Of a DNA stretch of 64,000 nucleotides, positions 35,914 to 47,825 are shown in pieces. Both the position numbers and the translations under genes were made by a program. Positions within the stretch are counted from its first letter, which is position 1. Each line of letters opens with the position of its first letter. Origin of the DNA: Pachysolen tannophilus NRRL Y-2460 (Eukaryota); assembly GCA_001661245.1 (NCBI GenBank), contig KV454014.1, positions 898,892-962,891 on the forward strand. The letters are read 5' to 3'. The notes below the pieces were generated by a model, which was not told the DNA's origin, made no database searches, and saw nothing but the letters and a program-made list of their open reading frames with translations.

Positions 35914-37162
35914 TACTTATTCAGGTTCTATATCATCAGAAACTGAAACTGAAACTGAAATTTCTTCTTATAATAATAATAATATTCCATATTTATTAGA
36001 TGATCCATTCACTTCTCCTCCTACTTCATCTACTTCTTTAAAACCAAAACCACCACCAACTCCTACTTTAACGGAGTTACCAACTTGTCCTGTATGCTTG
36101 GAAAGAATGGATGCTAGCATTACAGGTTTATTGACAATTCCTTGTCAACATACTTTCCATTGTCAATGCTTATCCAGATGGAAAGATGATACTTGTCCAG
36201 TTTGCAGATATTCAAATAAACTTGAAAGAACACAAAATTTAATAAATAAAAAATTTCTGGAAAATTGTTCTATTTGTTCAACAACCAATAATTTATGGGC
36301 ATGTCTTATTTGTGGTAATGTCGGTTGTGGTAGATACGATTCTGGTCATGCTATACATCATTATCATGATACAGACCATTGTTTTGCCATGAATTTAGAT
36401 AGTCAAAGAGTTTGGGATTATGCAGGAGATAATTACGTTCATAGATTATTAAGAAATGAAACTGATGGTAAATTGGTTGAATTACCTGCTAGAGATGAAA
36501 AACATAAAAAAAATAATAATAATAATAGTAATAATAATAATAACGGAAGTGGAGGAACCACTCCTGGTGATGGACATGATGCAACGAGTGATGATAAAGT
36601 GGATAAAGTAGGATTTGAGTATTCTCAATTGTTAATTCAACAAGCAGAATCTCAAAGAGATTATTATGAGTCCAAGATAAATGAGTTGAGTGATAGATTA
36701 TCTAAATACCAAGAAGCACAACAAGAAGAAGAATCATTGAGAAGAAAAAAAGAAGCTGAAGAAAGAGATTTTCAATTTAATGAATTAAATTTAAAATTAG
36801 AAGCATTATCAATTGATTTGCCTGATTTAAAAAATCAATTACTGCAAGCAGAGAAAAAATTAGCAAAAGCATTAAAAGAAAATGAATCTGTAAATAGAAA
36901 TTTAAAAGAAGAGAAAACAATATCAGAATCTTTATTACAAAGAGTTGAATTTTTGGAACTGGAAATTGCAAAATTAGAAAAAGAAAAAAAAGAATTACAA
37001 GAAGCAAATCAGGATTTGATGTTTTTTTTGGAAACGTCACAAAAATGTGAAAATGATCCTGAATTAAAAAATCAGGACATAATCATTCAAAACAATCAAA
37101 ATTCTTCATCCTCATCAAATAAAGATAAAAAGGTTAGTAAAAATAAAAAGAGGTTAAGATAA
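35162..37162 (+). CDS. ETP1: BRAP2/Etp1 RING-finger and ZnF-UBP protein
   Basis: Motifs AVPTYFTATDLLGF and FNGKSFNSMEPETC, RING ELPTCPVCLERMD...CQHTFHCQCL, ZnF-UBP CLICGNVGCGRY..RVWDYAGDNYVHRL, and a coiled coil. Confidence 0.95.
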
Positions 37163-37446
37163 GGATTTAAATATATATATATATATATATTTATAATTTT
37201 AAGATTTTGGAAATTTCTTTTAGCAGTTGAGAGAATTAACAATTTGAGTATTGCTCTCATGTAGCAGAACGATAACAATGTTAATTTTTTTTTTTCTTTT
37301 GACAAAATTGAAACCGATAATCCAAATGTTCACTACACCTGTAAACTATAAAAAGTATAGTAATCAATATTCAAATGTAATAATAATAATAAAAATATAT
37401 AAGTAATATCAAATGGGCAAAAAAAAAACCAAAAAAAAAAAAAAAA

Positions 37447-37789
37447 NNNNNNNNNNNNNNNNNNNNNNNNNNNNNNNNNNNNNNNNNNNNNNNNNNNNNN
37501 NNNNNNNNNNNNNNNNNNNNNNNNNNNNNNNNNNNNNNNNNNNNNNNNNNNNNNNNNNNNNNNNNNNNNNNNNNNNNNNNNNNNNNNNNNNNNNNNNNNN
37601 NNNNNNNNNNNNNNNNNNNNNNNNNNNNNNNNNNNNNNNNNNNNNNNNNNNNNNNNNNNNNNNNNNNNNNNNNNNNNNNNNNNNNNNNNNNNNNNNNNNN
37701 NNNNNNNNNNNNNNNNNNNNNNNNNNNNNNNNNNNNNNNNNNNNNNNNNNNNNNNNNNNNNNNNNNNNNNNNNNNNNNNNNNNNNNNNN
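37447..37789. other. Assembly gap (N run) flanked by poly(A)
   Basis: Ns seen directly. Confidence 0.99.
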
Positions 37790-38000
37790 AAAAAAAAAAA
37801 AAAAAACAAATGAAGTCTAAACATGAAGAGTTTAGAAACAAGTGATAACATTGTAAAGCAAAATAACAAATAACTGGAATCAAAGCAACTAAAAAAAAAT
37901 CTTTAATGTTTATCTTTTTTATATATACGTATATATAAATGTTTTATTTTATTATGTACTTTTTTGGTTTTTTTTTTTCTTCTTTTCATCTTGTGTTAGA

Positions 38001-39122
38001 TTAAAAATTATCCCATTTTTCATCATTATCATCGTTAGATTTTTTACCACTGTTACCACCAGCTAAACCTTGTAATTTGCTCCTTTGTTGTGGTCTCGAC
38101 ATACCAAATGCAGGGGTAACTCTATCCGTATTGTTTTCTTGGCTCACTCCATCAAATAATTTGCCATACTTACTTTCACCTGATGCTCCAGCTGAAGATG
38201 GATTATCTAAATAATGATTAGTGGTTTCTTGTACTTTCAGTCCAAATTGCATCATTGCTCTTCTAGCTTCTATAGCTAAATCTTTATCACTCAAGTTTTG
38301 TAAATTTGGTCTTATTAATTGCTCATTAACTTCTTGTAAAGATTTTGAAACTGTTGAAGAAAACAATCCCCAACCTTTTGTTAATGTTCCAAAAGGATCT
38401 GTTTGAAGAGCATCAACAGTAAATCCAGATAAAGAACTACCTTGATTTTGTTGTGATCTCTGAGGAGTATTACCAAAACCTGTATATTTACCTCCTTGAG
38501 ATGGAGGTAAATCTTCTGGACGTTCATCATTTTTAGCACCCAATGAAGCAAAGAAATTTTCATTCTTCAGTTTTTGACTAGAAGGAATTTGTGAATTATT
38601 AACATTTCTTGAACTTATTGATGAATTTAATGATGCAGAACTACCATCGATACTGTTACTATTGTTATTAATAGTATTATTGTTACTTTTTAAATCAGAA
38701 TCAGTTGGTAAGGATTCATTCAGATGATCTTTTGCAATAAATTGTCTGCCTTCAACGATACAAGTTAAATATTCCTTGTAATCTTCAGCAACATAATTAG
38801 TATATTTAATTTTTGGATTTAATTTTAAATCTAACCCATGGTCAGTAAAAAAAACAGCACAATTTTCATTCCCACCTTTTTCCATACGCAGAATCTCATC
38901 ATTTTTAAATTGATCCATAGTAATTGATCTAACAAATGAAACATGTACACCTAAACTTCTATGAATACCAGCACACTCAAGACAAATAAATATACCAAAC
39001 TTAGGTGATGCCCATTGCGGATTAGGTGATCCACAATCAAAACATTTTCTGTTTGGTCCCGTCTTCTGCAACGCTAATAATTTTTTCTTTTGATTAGGAT
39101 CAACCGACCACTCTGTTGACAT
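38001..39122 (-). CDS. GCS1: ADP-ribosylation factor GTPase-activating protein
   Basis: ArfGAP zinc finger [43 protein letters not shown]-like [11 protein letters not shown], and C-terminal KWDNF. Confidence 0.96.
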   Translation of the reverse strand: MSTEWSVDPNQKKKLLALQKTGPNRKCFDCGSPNPQWASPKFGIFICLECAGIHRSLGVHVSFVRSITMDQFKNDEILRMEKGGNENCAVFFTDHGLDLKLNPKIKYTNYVAEDYKEYLTCIVEGRQFIAKDHLNESLPTDSDLKSNNNTINNNSNSIDGSSASLNSSISSRNVNNSQIPSSQKLKNENFFASLGAKNDERPEDLPPSQGGKYTGFGNTPQRSQQNQGSSLSGFTVDALQTDPFGTLTKGWGLFSSTVSKSLQEVNEQLIRPNLQNLSDKDLAIEARRAMMQFGLKVQETTNHYLDNPSSAGASGESKYGKLFDGVSQENNTDRVTPAFGMSRPQQRSKLQGLAGGNSGKKSNDDNDEKWDNF

Positions 39123-39598
39123 TATATATATCCCTGCTTAATAAAATTAAAGACAAAAACAAAAACTACTCTGTACATATATATACATAAAAATTAAAAA
39201 AATATATAGATGGATAAGTATATATATAAATATATATATATATATCAAAATATATATTTATTAAGATTTAAATTTCCTTTTTTTTTTCTGGAAAAAAAAA
39301 AAAAAAACAAACTAATAAACAATTTAATATAATTATTGATAAAAAGACTTGAAATTAATTGTTACTTTATTTTTATGTTGATGGTTTATAAAAGAAAAAA
39401 AAAAGTTGAAATATTTTTGTACACGAACCGAAAACGGAATTTTGAGTTTACGAGCACTACCCCTGATAACAGCAGCAGCAGCAGCAGCAGGAATGCCTGC
39501 AATGTCTGCGCCATCTACCACCATCTACCGCTATTGATCACTATCATAATCATTATTAGCTACAGAAGTACTACATATATGTGGCTATGTAAAAATAT

Positions 39599-40495
39599 TT
39601 ATAACTTTGGGTTATTTTCCAATAGTTTTTGCTTCAATTGAACTGGGTAGACGTTTGAGTTTGTAACCTGTACATTGCTTGTCTGCCACAGTCCTCCATC
39701 GACTACAACAACAGTTCCAGTAATATAACTAGCCAGCTCACTAAATAAGAATACTGTAGCTAAAGCAACATCTTGAACTCTTCCTAGACGTTGTAATGGG
39801 ATTTTAGTGGTTAATTCCTGAGGCGAAGCTCTTGCAAGTCTTGTAAAACCTTCTGTTGCAGCTATTGTACCGGGAGCAATTGCATTAACTCTAATTCCTA
39901 AAGGGCCGAGTTCTACTGCCAATGATTTTGAAAGTGCATCAACTCCAGCTTTTGCAGCACTTACATGAATTTGGAATGGGACACCATAATAATGTAATGT
40001 TGAACTTACCATAATTATAGAACCTTTATTTTTTTTCAATTCTTGGAAACAACTCTTAACGGTATTAAAAGAACCTAATAAATCAATTGAAACTACTGAT
40101 TTAAATGCATTTGATGATAGGTGATTAAAATCAGCAATAAAATTCCCAGCAGCTCCACAAATTACAAAATCAATCTTACCCAATTCTTTAACAGTTTTAT
40201 TCACTGCTGCTTCAAGACTTTCAATATTTCTAACATCAGTGTTTGGACATGCTACAATTTTAGAATCTTTCCTAATTTTTGAAATCTCTAAAGCTGCTCG
40301 AACTGTCTTTTCTGGGTTTCTACCAACAATTGAAGCATTACAACCTAAAATTACTAAATATTCAGCTTGTTTCTTACATATAGTTCCAGATCCTCCTGTA
40401 ATAAAAACTACTTTCCCTTTAAAAATATCCTCCTTGAAAGGTATTTTATCTTTAATATTAAACATATCAAAATTCATATCTTTACAATTACTCAT
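39599..40495 (-). CDS. SPS19: Peroxisomal 2,4-dienoyl-CoA reductase (SDR)
   Basis: Motifs GKVVFITGGSGTIC, GAAGNF, HVSAAKAGVDAL and IPLQRLG. C-terminal PKL is PTS1-like. Confidence 0.92.
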   Translation of the reverse strand: MSNCKDMNFDMFNIKDKIPFKEDIFKGKVVFITGGSGTICKKQAEYLVILGCNASIVGRNPEKTVRAALEISKIRKDSKIVACPNTDVRNIESLEAAVNKTVKELGKIDFVICGAAGNFIADFNHLSSNAFKSVVSIDLLGSFNTVKSCFQELKKNKGSIIMVSSTLHYYGVPFQIHVSAAKAGVDALSKSLAVELGPLGIRVNAIAPGTIAATEGFTRLARASPQELTTKIPLQRLGRVQDVALATVFLFSELASYITGTVVVVDGGLWQTSNVQVTNSNVYPVQLKQKLLENNPKL

Positions 40496-40749
40496 TAAAT
40501 TAATATAGAACTTGTACCAAACTTTCTATTAACTTTACAAAAATGGTATTGATATACCGTCATGTTTAAATTTGCTCTAAATAATTATACCTGAAGGTGA
40601 TTATCGGAGGTGAAAAGACAATAAGGTTTCCCCGCAAAAAAAAAAAAAAAAAAATAAAAAAAAAAATATGAAAAATAAATAAATATAAAACGAACGAATG
40701 AACGACCAAATGAATGAACAAAAGTAAAGAAGAAGAAGAAGAAGATGTA

Positions 40750-43167
40750 TCAGTTTTTCTTAAATAATTTCTTCACATGTTTGACACCGACATTCCATCT
40801 TTTCTTTTTCAATCTGATTCCGTTATCTTCATCACTATCGCTTCCATAATCTTTTAAAGATATTTCTCTTTTCAAATTGTTGCTAGATGTATAATCTTTC
40901 TTTTTCGTTTCACCATCACCATCATCTTGATCTATTTGATCATCTTGATCTTGATCTTGGTCTATTTGATCTTCTTGTTCAATTTCTTCCTCTAATTTAC
41001 CTAGGTTTAGCTTGTCATTGATGTAATTCATGATTAACTTGTAGTTTCTTCTTCTATCACCATCTTCGTTAACATCGTTATAATCCAATATGTTCAATAT
41101 ACAACTTGTTGAGAGATTGTTTTTACTCAAATTGAATTCACCAAGATATTCCAAAATATCATTCAGGATTATAAACCTTGTATAAAAATCATCATCTAAT
41201 TTGATTATTAATTTTAAGCATCTAATTGCAGATAATCTCAGTTGTTTTTTGAAAAAGGGAGAAGTCAATATCTTCAATCCTTTTAATATATTATTTTCCA
41301 AGAAAAAACTTCTTGATAGAAAAATTTCATGTTTTTCTGAACAAAATGCAATCAATTCACATAAATGTTGTAATAATATGCAATCATTAATTGATTCAAT
41401 ATCAACTATTTCATTAATTTCTTTTTTTATTTGTTCAGGTGATTTCTCAATTTCAATATTCAATTTTGATAATCCTATTAATGGTGAAAATAATTTGCAA
41501 GCCAGCTTATCATAAAAAGATTTGAAATAATTACCAAAATCTAAGATTCTATTACTGGTGCTTTCACTACTATCATTAGCACCATTTTCATGTCCAAAAT
41601 TACCAAGAAGTGCCATATGCCCATCACTACTCATCACGGCATTTGACGATAACGGATCCAATAACACTTTTAATGCCTCGTAAACCTGTGTCTTCAAACC
41701 AATGTCTTTTTCTTCTATTAGTAAATTTGTTAAAATTAATATTAATGTCATATCAGTTGATAAAAGTCTATCTTCATTTTGAATTTCATTATCAACTGTA
41801 GATCCATCTTCATCAACGCGTCCTTTACTATTATTGTTCATGTTCGCTATTGCATTACTATAAACACCATTTACTAGCATTACATCGTGTTCTATAATCG
41901 ACACTATGAGTTCTGTGCCTAATACTCTAATGTTTATTAGATCATCTTTAAGAGCAAAATTAATCATTTTGAATAATCCTTTTCTAACTAATTTGATGAA
42001 AAAATCTGATCTTTGATTATTTTGTAATGTTTTAGCAATTAATGCAAATTGATGTAACATTTTAACCCCATCTCTTCTTTTTTCTAAAATATTTTCATTA
42101 TTATCATTTTTATCATCGTATAATTCAAATAATGATTCCATAAATTTATTATTTTCTTCTTGAAGATATTTTATAACTTCAACTTGATTAAAATATATTG
42201 AAGCCTGAATAAAACTAAATATTGAATCATCCAATAATTTTGCCAATACAACATCTTTTAAAAATTGTAAATTAAAACTTTGTTTTATCTTATTTATTAT
42301 ATCCTTATTATCCACTGGTAATACTTCTTTAAATTTAGATTCATCTTTTAAATACAGTCTATGATTTGATTTAAAAGTTGGAAATTCAGGATCATATTCC
42401 AATATTCCAACAACCCCCATTATATTACTATCATCCAACAATATTTCAATAATTTGAGTATTATTATACAATATTAAAATTTTAATAATTTCACATAAAT
42501 AATGTAAATTTTTCAATTTTTTAGTCTTTTCACACTTGTTAAAACATTCGATTAATTTTATAATATAATCACTTTCAATTAAAAATTGTGAAATCATATC
42601 TTTACTATAATTTGAATTAGCTGCATTATTTAATATTTCCAAGATCTCGTGTAAATTTTTCAAAGTTGGTAAAGGAGGAATATCAACAGGTCCAACTATT
42701 AATTCAGTAATATCACCACCTCCTTGACCATTTCCAGATCCTACCCCAGAGTTACCACAACCTTGAGGCTGTCCGTTTTCATCGATGGCTCCTCCATTTT
42801 GAGACGCGCCATTATTGATAACCGCAACCAACGATATATTTGGTTGATAATTTTGTTGAACTTCGATTAAGAAATCACATAGAGAAGAACACCCTTCTGG
42901 TTCTTGAAATGAAAGCGCTATATCTTTCCCCTTCGAATCTGTCCATACAATAAGCGTCTCCTGTTGTTGTTGATATTGTATCGAACCTTCTATAAACAGT
43001 TTCAATATTATATCAGATTGATCATTTTCGTTTCTAACTATGAAATATGGTAAATTTTTCTTCACATCAATCTCCCCAGTACAATACCCAGTCCCATTAT
43101 CGATCCAGTTCTCTCCATCTAATAGATACACCTTGACTCGCCTTGGCGTGATTTCTTGCAATTCCAT
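40750..43167 (-). CDS. PSY2: Protein phosphatase 4 regulatory subunit 3 (Psy2/SMEK)
   Basis: EVH1 RRVKVY...W.D.GTGYC and QQQETLIVW. SMK-1 domain VGILEYDPEFP and FLKDVVLA. ATG at 43167. Confidence 0.94.
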   Translation of the reverse strand: MELQEITPRRVKVYLLDGENWIDNGTGYCTGEIDVKKNLPYFIVRNENDQSDIILKLFIEGSIQYQQQQETLIVWTDSKGKDIALSFQEPEGCSSLCDFLIEVQQNYQPNISLVAVINNGASQNGGAIDENGQPQGCGNSGVGSGNGQGGGDITELIVGPVDIPPLPTLKNLHEILEILNNAANSNYSKDMISQFLIESDYIIKLIECFNKCEKTKKLKNLHYLCEIIKILILYNNTQIIEILLDDSNIMGVVGILEYDPEFPTFKSNHRLYLKDESKFKEVLPVDNKDIINKIKQSFNLQFLKDVVLAKLLDDSIFSFIQASIYFNQVEVIKYLQEENNKFMESLFELYDDKNDNNENILEKRRDGVKMLHQFALIAKTLQNNQRSDFFIKLVRKGLFKMINFALKDDLINIRVLGTELIVSIIEHDVMLVNGVYSNAIANMNNNSKGRVDEDGSTVDNEIQNEDRLLSTDMTLILILTNLLIEEKDIGLKTQVYEALKVLLDPLSSNAVMSSDGHMALLGNFGHENGANDSSESTSNRILDFGNYFKSFYDKLACKLFSPLIGLSKLNIEIEKSPEQIKKEINEIVDIESINDCILLQHLCELIAFCSEKHEIFLSRSFFLENNILKGLKILTSPFFKKQLRLSAIRCLKLIIKLDDDFYTRFIILNDILEYLGEFNLSKNNLSTSCILNILDYNDVNEDGDRRRNYKLIMNYINDKLNLGKLEEEIEQEDQIDQDQDQDDQIDQDDGDGETKKKDYTSSNNLKREISLKDYGSDSDEDNGIRLKKKRWNVGVKHVKKLFKKN

Positions 43168-43717
43168 CTTCGAAACCAATAAACCAAATTGAAAAATTCA
43201 ATATATATAAAATTAAAAAAAAAAATCAATAACAAAAAAAAAAATGATAACTCCACGAAATAAAATAAAATATAATAATAATACAAAGTCAACGAGAAGA
43301 ATCTTATTTGATCTAGAAATAGAAATAAACCAATTCTAATATACCTAAAACTCCATTTAAACTGATAAGATATATATAATCAAAACTTGTTTTTTTATTT
43401 ATTTAAAAACAAAAAAAAATTCTCTCTTTTCCTTTTTTTACATTTATTTTTCGCAAAGTAACTCGGAAAAATACATATAAACAAAACACCAAATTACATA
43501 GGATTGATTGATATCTTAAATTTATTAAAAGATAAAGAGTTGGGAACTTTTTTATGATGTAGAGACATAGTAATATAAAGGTCTTTAAATAAATCTTTCA
43601 GAATTTATTAGGAATTTATATATAAAAGTTACAAAATTAGATTGATTTTATATGTAATGTAATGTATGTAAATATGTTAAAAATGGGAAGAGTTGTAGAA
43701 AACTATATATGAGTTTT

Positions 43718-44452
43718 TTATATATTTAACCTGACGACTTGGTCGACACCTGGGTAGTTTGGAATATCGATATCCCATTTCTGTGCCATTTCTTTAGATA
43801 TAAACCTACCACCTAAATAATGATAATTGCCTTTAAAAAATTTAGATCCTGGTTTCGGTGCAGTTAAACTAACTAAACTTGAAGGATTTAAGATATATTT
43901 TGCATCTACCAAATCTGCAATATTTGGACCTTTGTCTACATCCCACCCAGTAGGACAATCAACACATGTGATTGGTTTTGAAGTTTCCACTTGTTTTAAA
44001 TGCTCAATGATGGTATCAAATGGGGATCTCAAAGGTGGATGGAATGAAAAACCAAAGATAGCATCAATAATCTGATCATTCTCATTAATCAAACTTTTCA
44101 ACTCAGAATTGGATAATTCATTTTGCAAAACATCTATCTTAAAAGTTTTCAATTGAGTAAGTAAATTATTAAATAATACATTACTCGATTTGTGCTTTGG
44201 ATAATACACCGTAGGAGTATAACCAAAAAGTTTCAAATGTCTACTTGCCACTAAACCATCACCACCATTATTTCCAGGACCACATATAACCAAGACCTTA
44301 TTATGTGTTGAAGGTGGATACGTCTTATAAACCAGTTGTGCTACCGATAACCCAGCAAGTTCCATCAATTGATCAATTGAAAAACCAACAGTAGACATCA
44401 ATTCTTTATCCACTGCAGCTGCTACCGTTGATGATAAAACTTTAAATGACAT
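43718..44452 (-). CDS. NNR1: NAD(P)H-hydrate epimerase (YjeF_N)
   Basis: Motifs QLMELAGLSVA, CGPGNNGGDGLVASRHL, DAIFGFSF, VDCPTGWDV, LVSLTAPK and HYLGGRF. Confidence 0.95.
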   Translation of the reverse strand: MSFKVLSSTVAAAVDKELMSTVGFSIDQLMELAGLSVAQLVYKTYPPSTHNKVLVICGPGNNGGDGLVASRHLKLFGYTPTVYYPKHKSSNVLFNNLLTQLKTFKIDVLQNELSNSELKSLINENDQIIDAIFGFSFHPPLRSPFDTIIEHLKQVETSKPITCVDCPTGWDVDKGPNIADLVDAKYILNPSSLVSLTAPKPGSKFFKGNYHYLGGRFISKEMAQKWDIDIPNYPGVDQVVRLNI

Positions 44453-44900
44453 TCTTTTTTTTTTTTGCCCACCAAATTTAACTTTCCAAAATCACTTTTC
44501 ACTTCTTTTCTACAATATAACTTATTAATACCTTAACAACTCTAGAAATATCCATTTTATATATGAACTAGATTAAAGCAATCATCTATCACACCATGGT
44601 TTTCACAACCGGGGAAAAAAAAGAAAAAAGAAAAATTATAATACTGCGTTAAGGTGCATAATATTTTACTAATTTATAAAATTATTTTGTGATTTATGAT
44701 TAAATAATCTGGGAGCCAGTTTTCCTTATATTCTATTTAACAAGAAACTTTACAAAACATATAAAGAGCAAATAAGAAAAGAGAACAGAAACGCTATCTA
44801 TTGATTGTTTCCATAAAAGAAAAGGAAAGAAAAGAAAAGAAAGAAAAAAAAAAAAAAAAAAAAAAATTAAGTGACAGAATAATACATATATTATATTCAA

Positions 44901-46538
44901 TTATCTTTTACTAACAATTGAGTGTAAATCTGTCAAAGTTTCTTCCTTTTTGATATTACTGGTACTTTCATCTCCATCTGATTTTTCTAATTTCCCAATT
45001 TCACTGCTTACTCTTAATCTCAGTTTGTATTCTCTTTCTCTTTGTTTCAACAATGCAGCTTTTTTCTCCAATTCAGCTGCTTTCTTTGCTAATTCAGCAG
45101 CAGAGTTCAGTTCAAGATTTTCCAATTTTTTCTTTCTTTCCAATATCTTGTTATGTTTTAAAGCATATGGAACTGTTTCTGAAAGTTTTCTCAATTGTTG
45201 TTGATATGAAGAATCTTGAGATGAAGGTGAAGATATAAAACTTGCACTGGAACTATTAACTCTCGGTGTGGAAGTAGCTGAAGAATGTACTGATTTTGTT
45301 ACACCTTCTTTACCATTAGAAGAAGAAGCTATAGTTTCCTTATCATTATCAGTTGTTTCATTTTCACCTTCATAATTTTTTGATTTAAAAGTTCTTGTTG
45401 TCCGAACTGTTGATGTAGATGATTTAAAAGATGAAGCATCATTAAAAGTTGAATTTGGATTAGTAACACCAGCAATTTCAGCTAAGTTAGATAAAGAAGG
45501 AGGTTCTCTAGAAGAACGATTATCACCATTAGAATTATCCAATTGAGGACTAAAACCTGTTACTAATGATAATTTCTCGGTTCTATAACTTTCATAAAGG
45601 AAATCATGGGTTAAATCTTTTAATTCTTGTAAATGAGAACCTAATATCACATTTTTCAAATAAACAAAATCACTTACTGTAGTATCATTTATATTTATCA
45701 TTCCCCATGGATATTTTCTAGCTCTTACTAATTCACCATTAATTTCATATTTTTCTTCACTTGTTATTATGGCAAAAGGTACTAATGTAGATAAAAATTT
45801 TACTTCTTCAATAGTTTCTAAATCATCTTCATCTTCATCATAACTAAATTGAAAAATTGGAATATTAAATTTATCAATATCAAACATGATATTTTTTTTA
45901 AAATTTGCCAATTCAATTGAAGTAAATGAATCTGCTCTTCCAATAACTGGTATGATATTACAATATTTAGATAATTTTTTCATAGTTAATACATCCAATT
46001 CTCTTAATCCATGACCAGTTGGTGTAATAAAATATAATAATACATGAACTCTTGTATCTTCAAACCTTGGATTTCTTCTAACTCTTGTTTCTTCAGCTAA
46101 TACACTATCATATTGTTGTTCCAAATATGACATAATCTCAGCAAAGCAAATATCATTATCTAAATTGTCACCAAATCCAGGTGTATCAATAATACTTAAT
46201 AACAATTTCGAGTCATCATCATCAATAAATTCAACTTTAGATTCTGTTATTGCAATACCTGGTTCATTATTAACCAATTGTGGTTGAAAACTTCTTTCAA
46301 AATTGGCTGCATCTGTTATATTACCATTAATATTCGTAAAAGTTAATGTTTTTGGTAAAGAAGAAAGTTGTTCATGAAAAGGCAGAAACTTATGTGGTAA
46401 TATATTTTTATCCAATAAAGAATTGACAAAAGTTGTCTTACCAGTACCAGATTCACCACATATCATTATAGTGAATTTAATTCCTCTTTTACTATCTCTT
46501 CTACGTCTTAACGTAGAAGATGAATTATAACTTGTCAT
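44901..46538 (-). CDS. SHS1: Septin Shs1/Sep7
   Basis: P-loop GESGTGKTT, DTPGFGD, EETRVRRNPRFEDTRVH, and a C-terminal coiled coil after SETVPY. ATG at 46538, with an MCB ACGCGT upstream at 46689-46694. Confidence 0.9.
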   Translation of the reverse strand: MTSYNSSSTLRRRRDSKRGIKFTIMICGESGTGKTTFVNSLLDKNILPHKFLPFHEQLSSLPKTLTFTNINGNITDAANFERSFQPQLVNNEPGIAITESKVEFIDDDDSKLLLSIIDTPGFGDNLDNDICFAEIMSYLEQQYDSVLAEETRVRRNPRFEDTRVHVLLYFITPTGHGLRELDVLTMKKLSKYCNIIPVIGRADSFTSIELANFKKNIMFDIDKFNIPIFQFSYDEDEDDLETIEEVKFLSTLVPFAIITSEEKYEINGELVRARKYPWGMININDTTVSDFVYLKNVILGSHLQELKDLTHDFLYESYRTEKLSLVTGFSPQLDNSNGDNRSSREPPSLSNLAEIAGVTNPNSTFNDASSFKSSTSTVRTTRTFKSKNYEGENETTDNDKETIASSSNGKEGVTKSVHSSATSTPRVNSSSASFISSPSSQDSSYQQQLRKLSETVPYALKHNKILERKKKLENLELNSAAELAKKAAELEKKAALLKQREREYKLRLRVSSEIGKLEKSDGDESTSNIKKEETLTDLHSIVSKR

Positions 46539-47096
46539 TTCTTCTTCTTCCTTTAATTTCAAAAATCAAAATTCAATTTCAATTCAAAATAACTCTCTCT
46601 CTCAACTTATTAAGCAGCAATTTCTTGTTAATAAAAATACTCTTTAATTTTTTAGAACAATCTGTTAAACTTTTTGATGCTCTTTTCGACGCGTATTTTT
46701 CTTTAGTTTTTTTCTTTTTTTCTTCGTTAAAATTCAGCCTGAAATTTTTCACTGAAAAAAACTGAAAAAAAAACTAAAGAAAAAAATTGAATTCTAGATT
46801 CTTTTATGAAGCAGCCACTAGAAGAGAGCAACTAACTAACTAAATAATTAACTAACTAACTAACTACTACAAAGATAGATAAGATTGGGATAAATATTTT
46901 TTTTTTTCATTAAATTAAATAATCAATCATAAATAGAATGCGAACAAAAAAAATGGAAAAATAAAAAAAAGGTAGTTGTATGCCTGGTATAGAAGTACTA
47001 ATTACTAACAAAGATCAGAATTAAAATTAAAATTGGAATTGGAATTGGAATTGGAATTTAGTTTTAATGATAAATCCAATTAGTTACCCTTTCTAG

Positions 47097-47825
47097 TCAA
47101 GTTTGATTATCAATAACATCATTTGCTTGTCTAGTGACCAATACTTTATCAGCTAAACCTAAATCAACAGCTTCTTGAGCATTTAAGAAACGATCTCTTT
47201 CTAATAATTCACTAATTTTATCTGAATTTAATCCTTCTTTCATATGTTTCATATAAATTGAACAAATTTTTTTCTTTGTATTTAAAATATGATTTGCATG
47301 AATTTCAATATCACTTGCTTGACCTTTAAATCCACCACTTGGTTGATGTATCATTATCATTGAATTTGGTAAAATCAATCTTTTCCCCCTCTTACCACTA
47401 CAAAGTAATAAAGAAGCCATTGAACATGCTTGTCCCAAACATACAGTAGAAACTGGAGATTTAATATATTGTATAGTATCATAAATTGCTAAACCTGAAG
47501 ATATCGAACCACCTGGAGAATTTATATATAAATGGATTGGTTTTGAAGAAGATTGACTTTCTAAATAAAGCAATTGTGCTGTTATTACAGTAGCTAATGC
47601 ATCTTCTATAGGTCCAGCTAAATAGATGATTCTTTCAGCTAATAATTTAGAAAAAATATCTGTAAATGATTCTGGTGATGGTGCTGAGTTTAATACCGGC
47701 ATTGCATGCAGTAAAGGGTTAAAAGTATTCAATCTTGGTGAAAATTTTAAGCTTCTAGTACTACCTAAAGCTATTGAAACTGGCTTAAATAATTTTTTTT
47801 GTCTAAAAATAGATCCTAACATCAT
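47097..47825 (-). CDS. CLPP: Mitochondrial ATP-dependent Clp protease proteolytic subunit ClpP
   Basis: Motifs DIFSKLLAERII and YINSPGGS, catalytic Ser (GQACSMASLL), His (MIHQPSGG) and Asp (ERDRF). Basic Ser-rich presequence-like N-terminus. Confidence 0.95.
   Translation of the reverse strand: MMLGSIFRQKKLFKPVSIALGSTRSLKFSPRLNTFNPLLHAMPVLNSAPSPESFTDIFSKLLAERIIYLAGPIEDALATVITAQLLYLESQSSSKPIHLYINSPGGSISSGLAIYDTIQYIKSPVSTVCLGQACSMASLLLCSGKRGKRLILPNSMIMIHQPSGGFKGQASDIEIHANHILNTKKKICSIYMKHMKEGLNSDKISELLERDRFLNAQEAVDLGLADKVLVTRQANDVIDNQT

Noticed and set aside
40605..40634. CGG...CCG upstream of SPS19 as an oleate response element
   Set aside because: The spacing is longer than the canonical CGG-N3-TNR-N8-12-CCG.
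39599..45110. CUG=Ser (Candida-type code) as the explanation for the odd Leu residues
   Set aside because: The best-conserved CTG columns (NNR1, SPS19, SHS1) and the QA-type tracts fit Ala better. Only one recalled column (PSY2) matched Ser.
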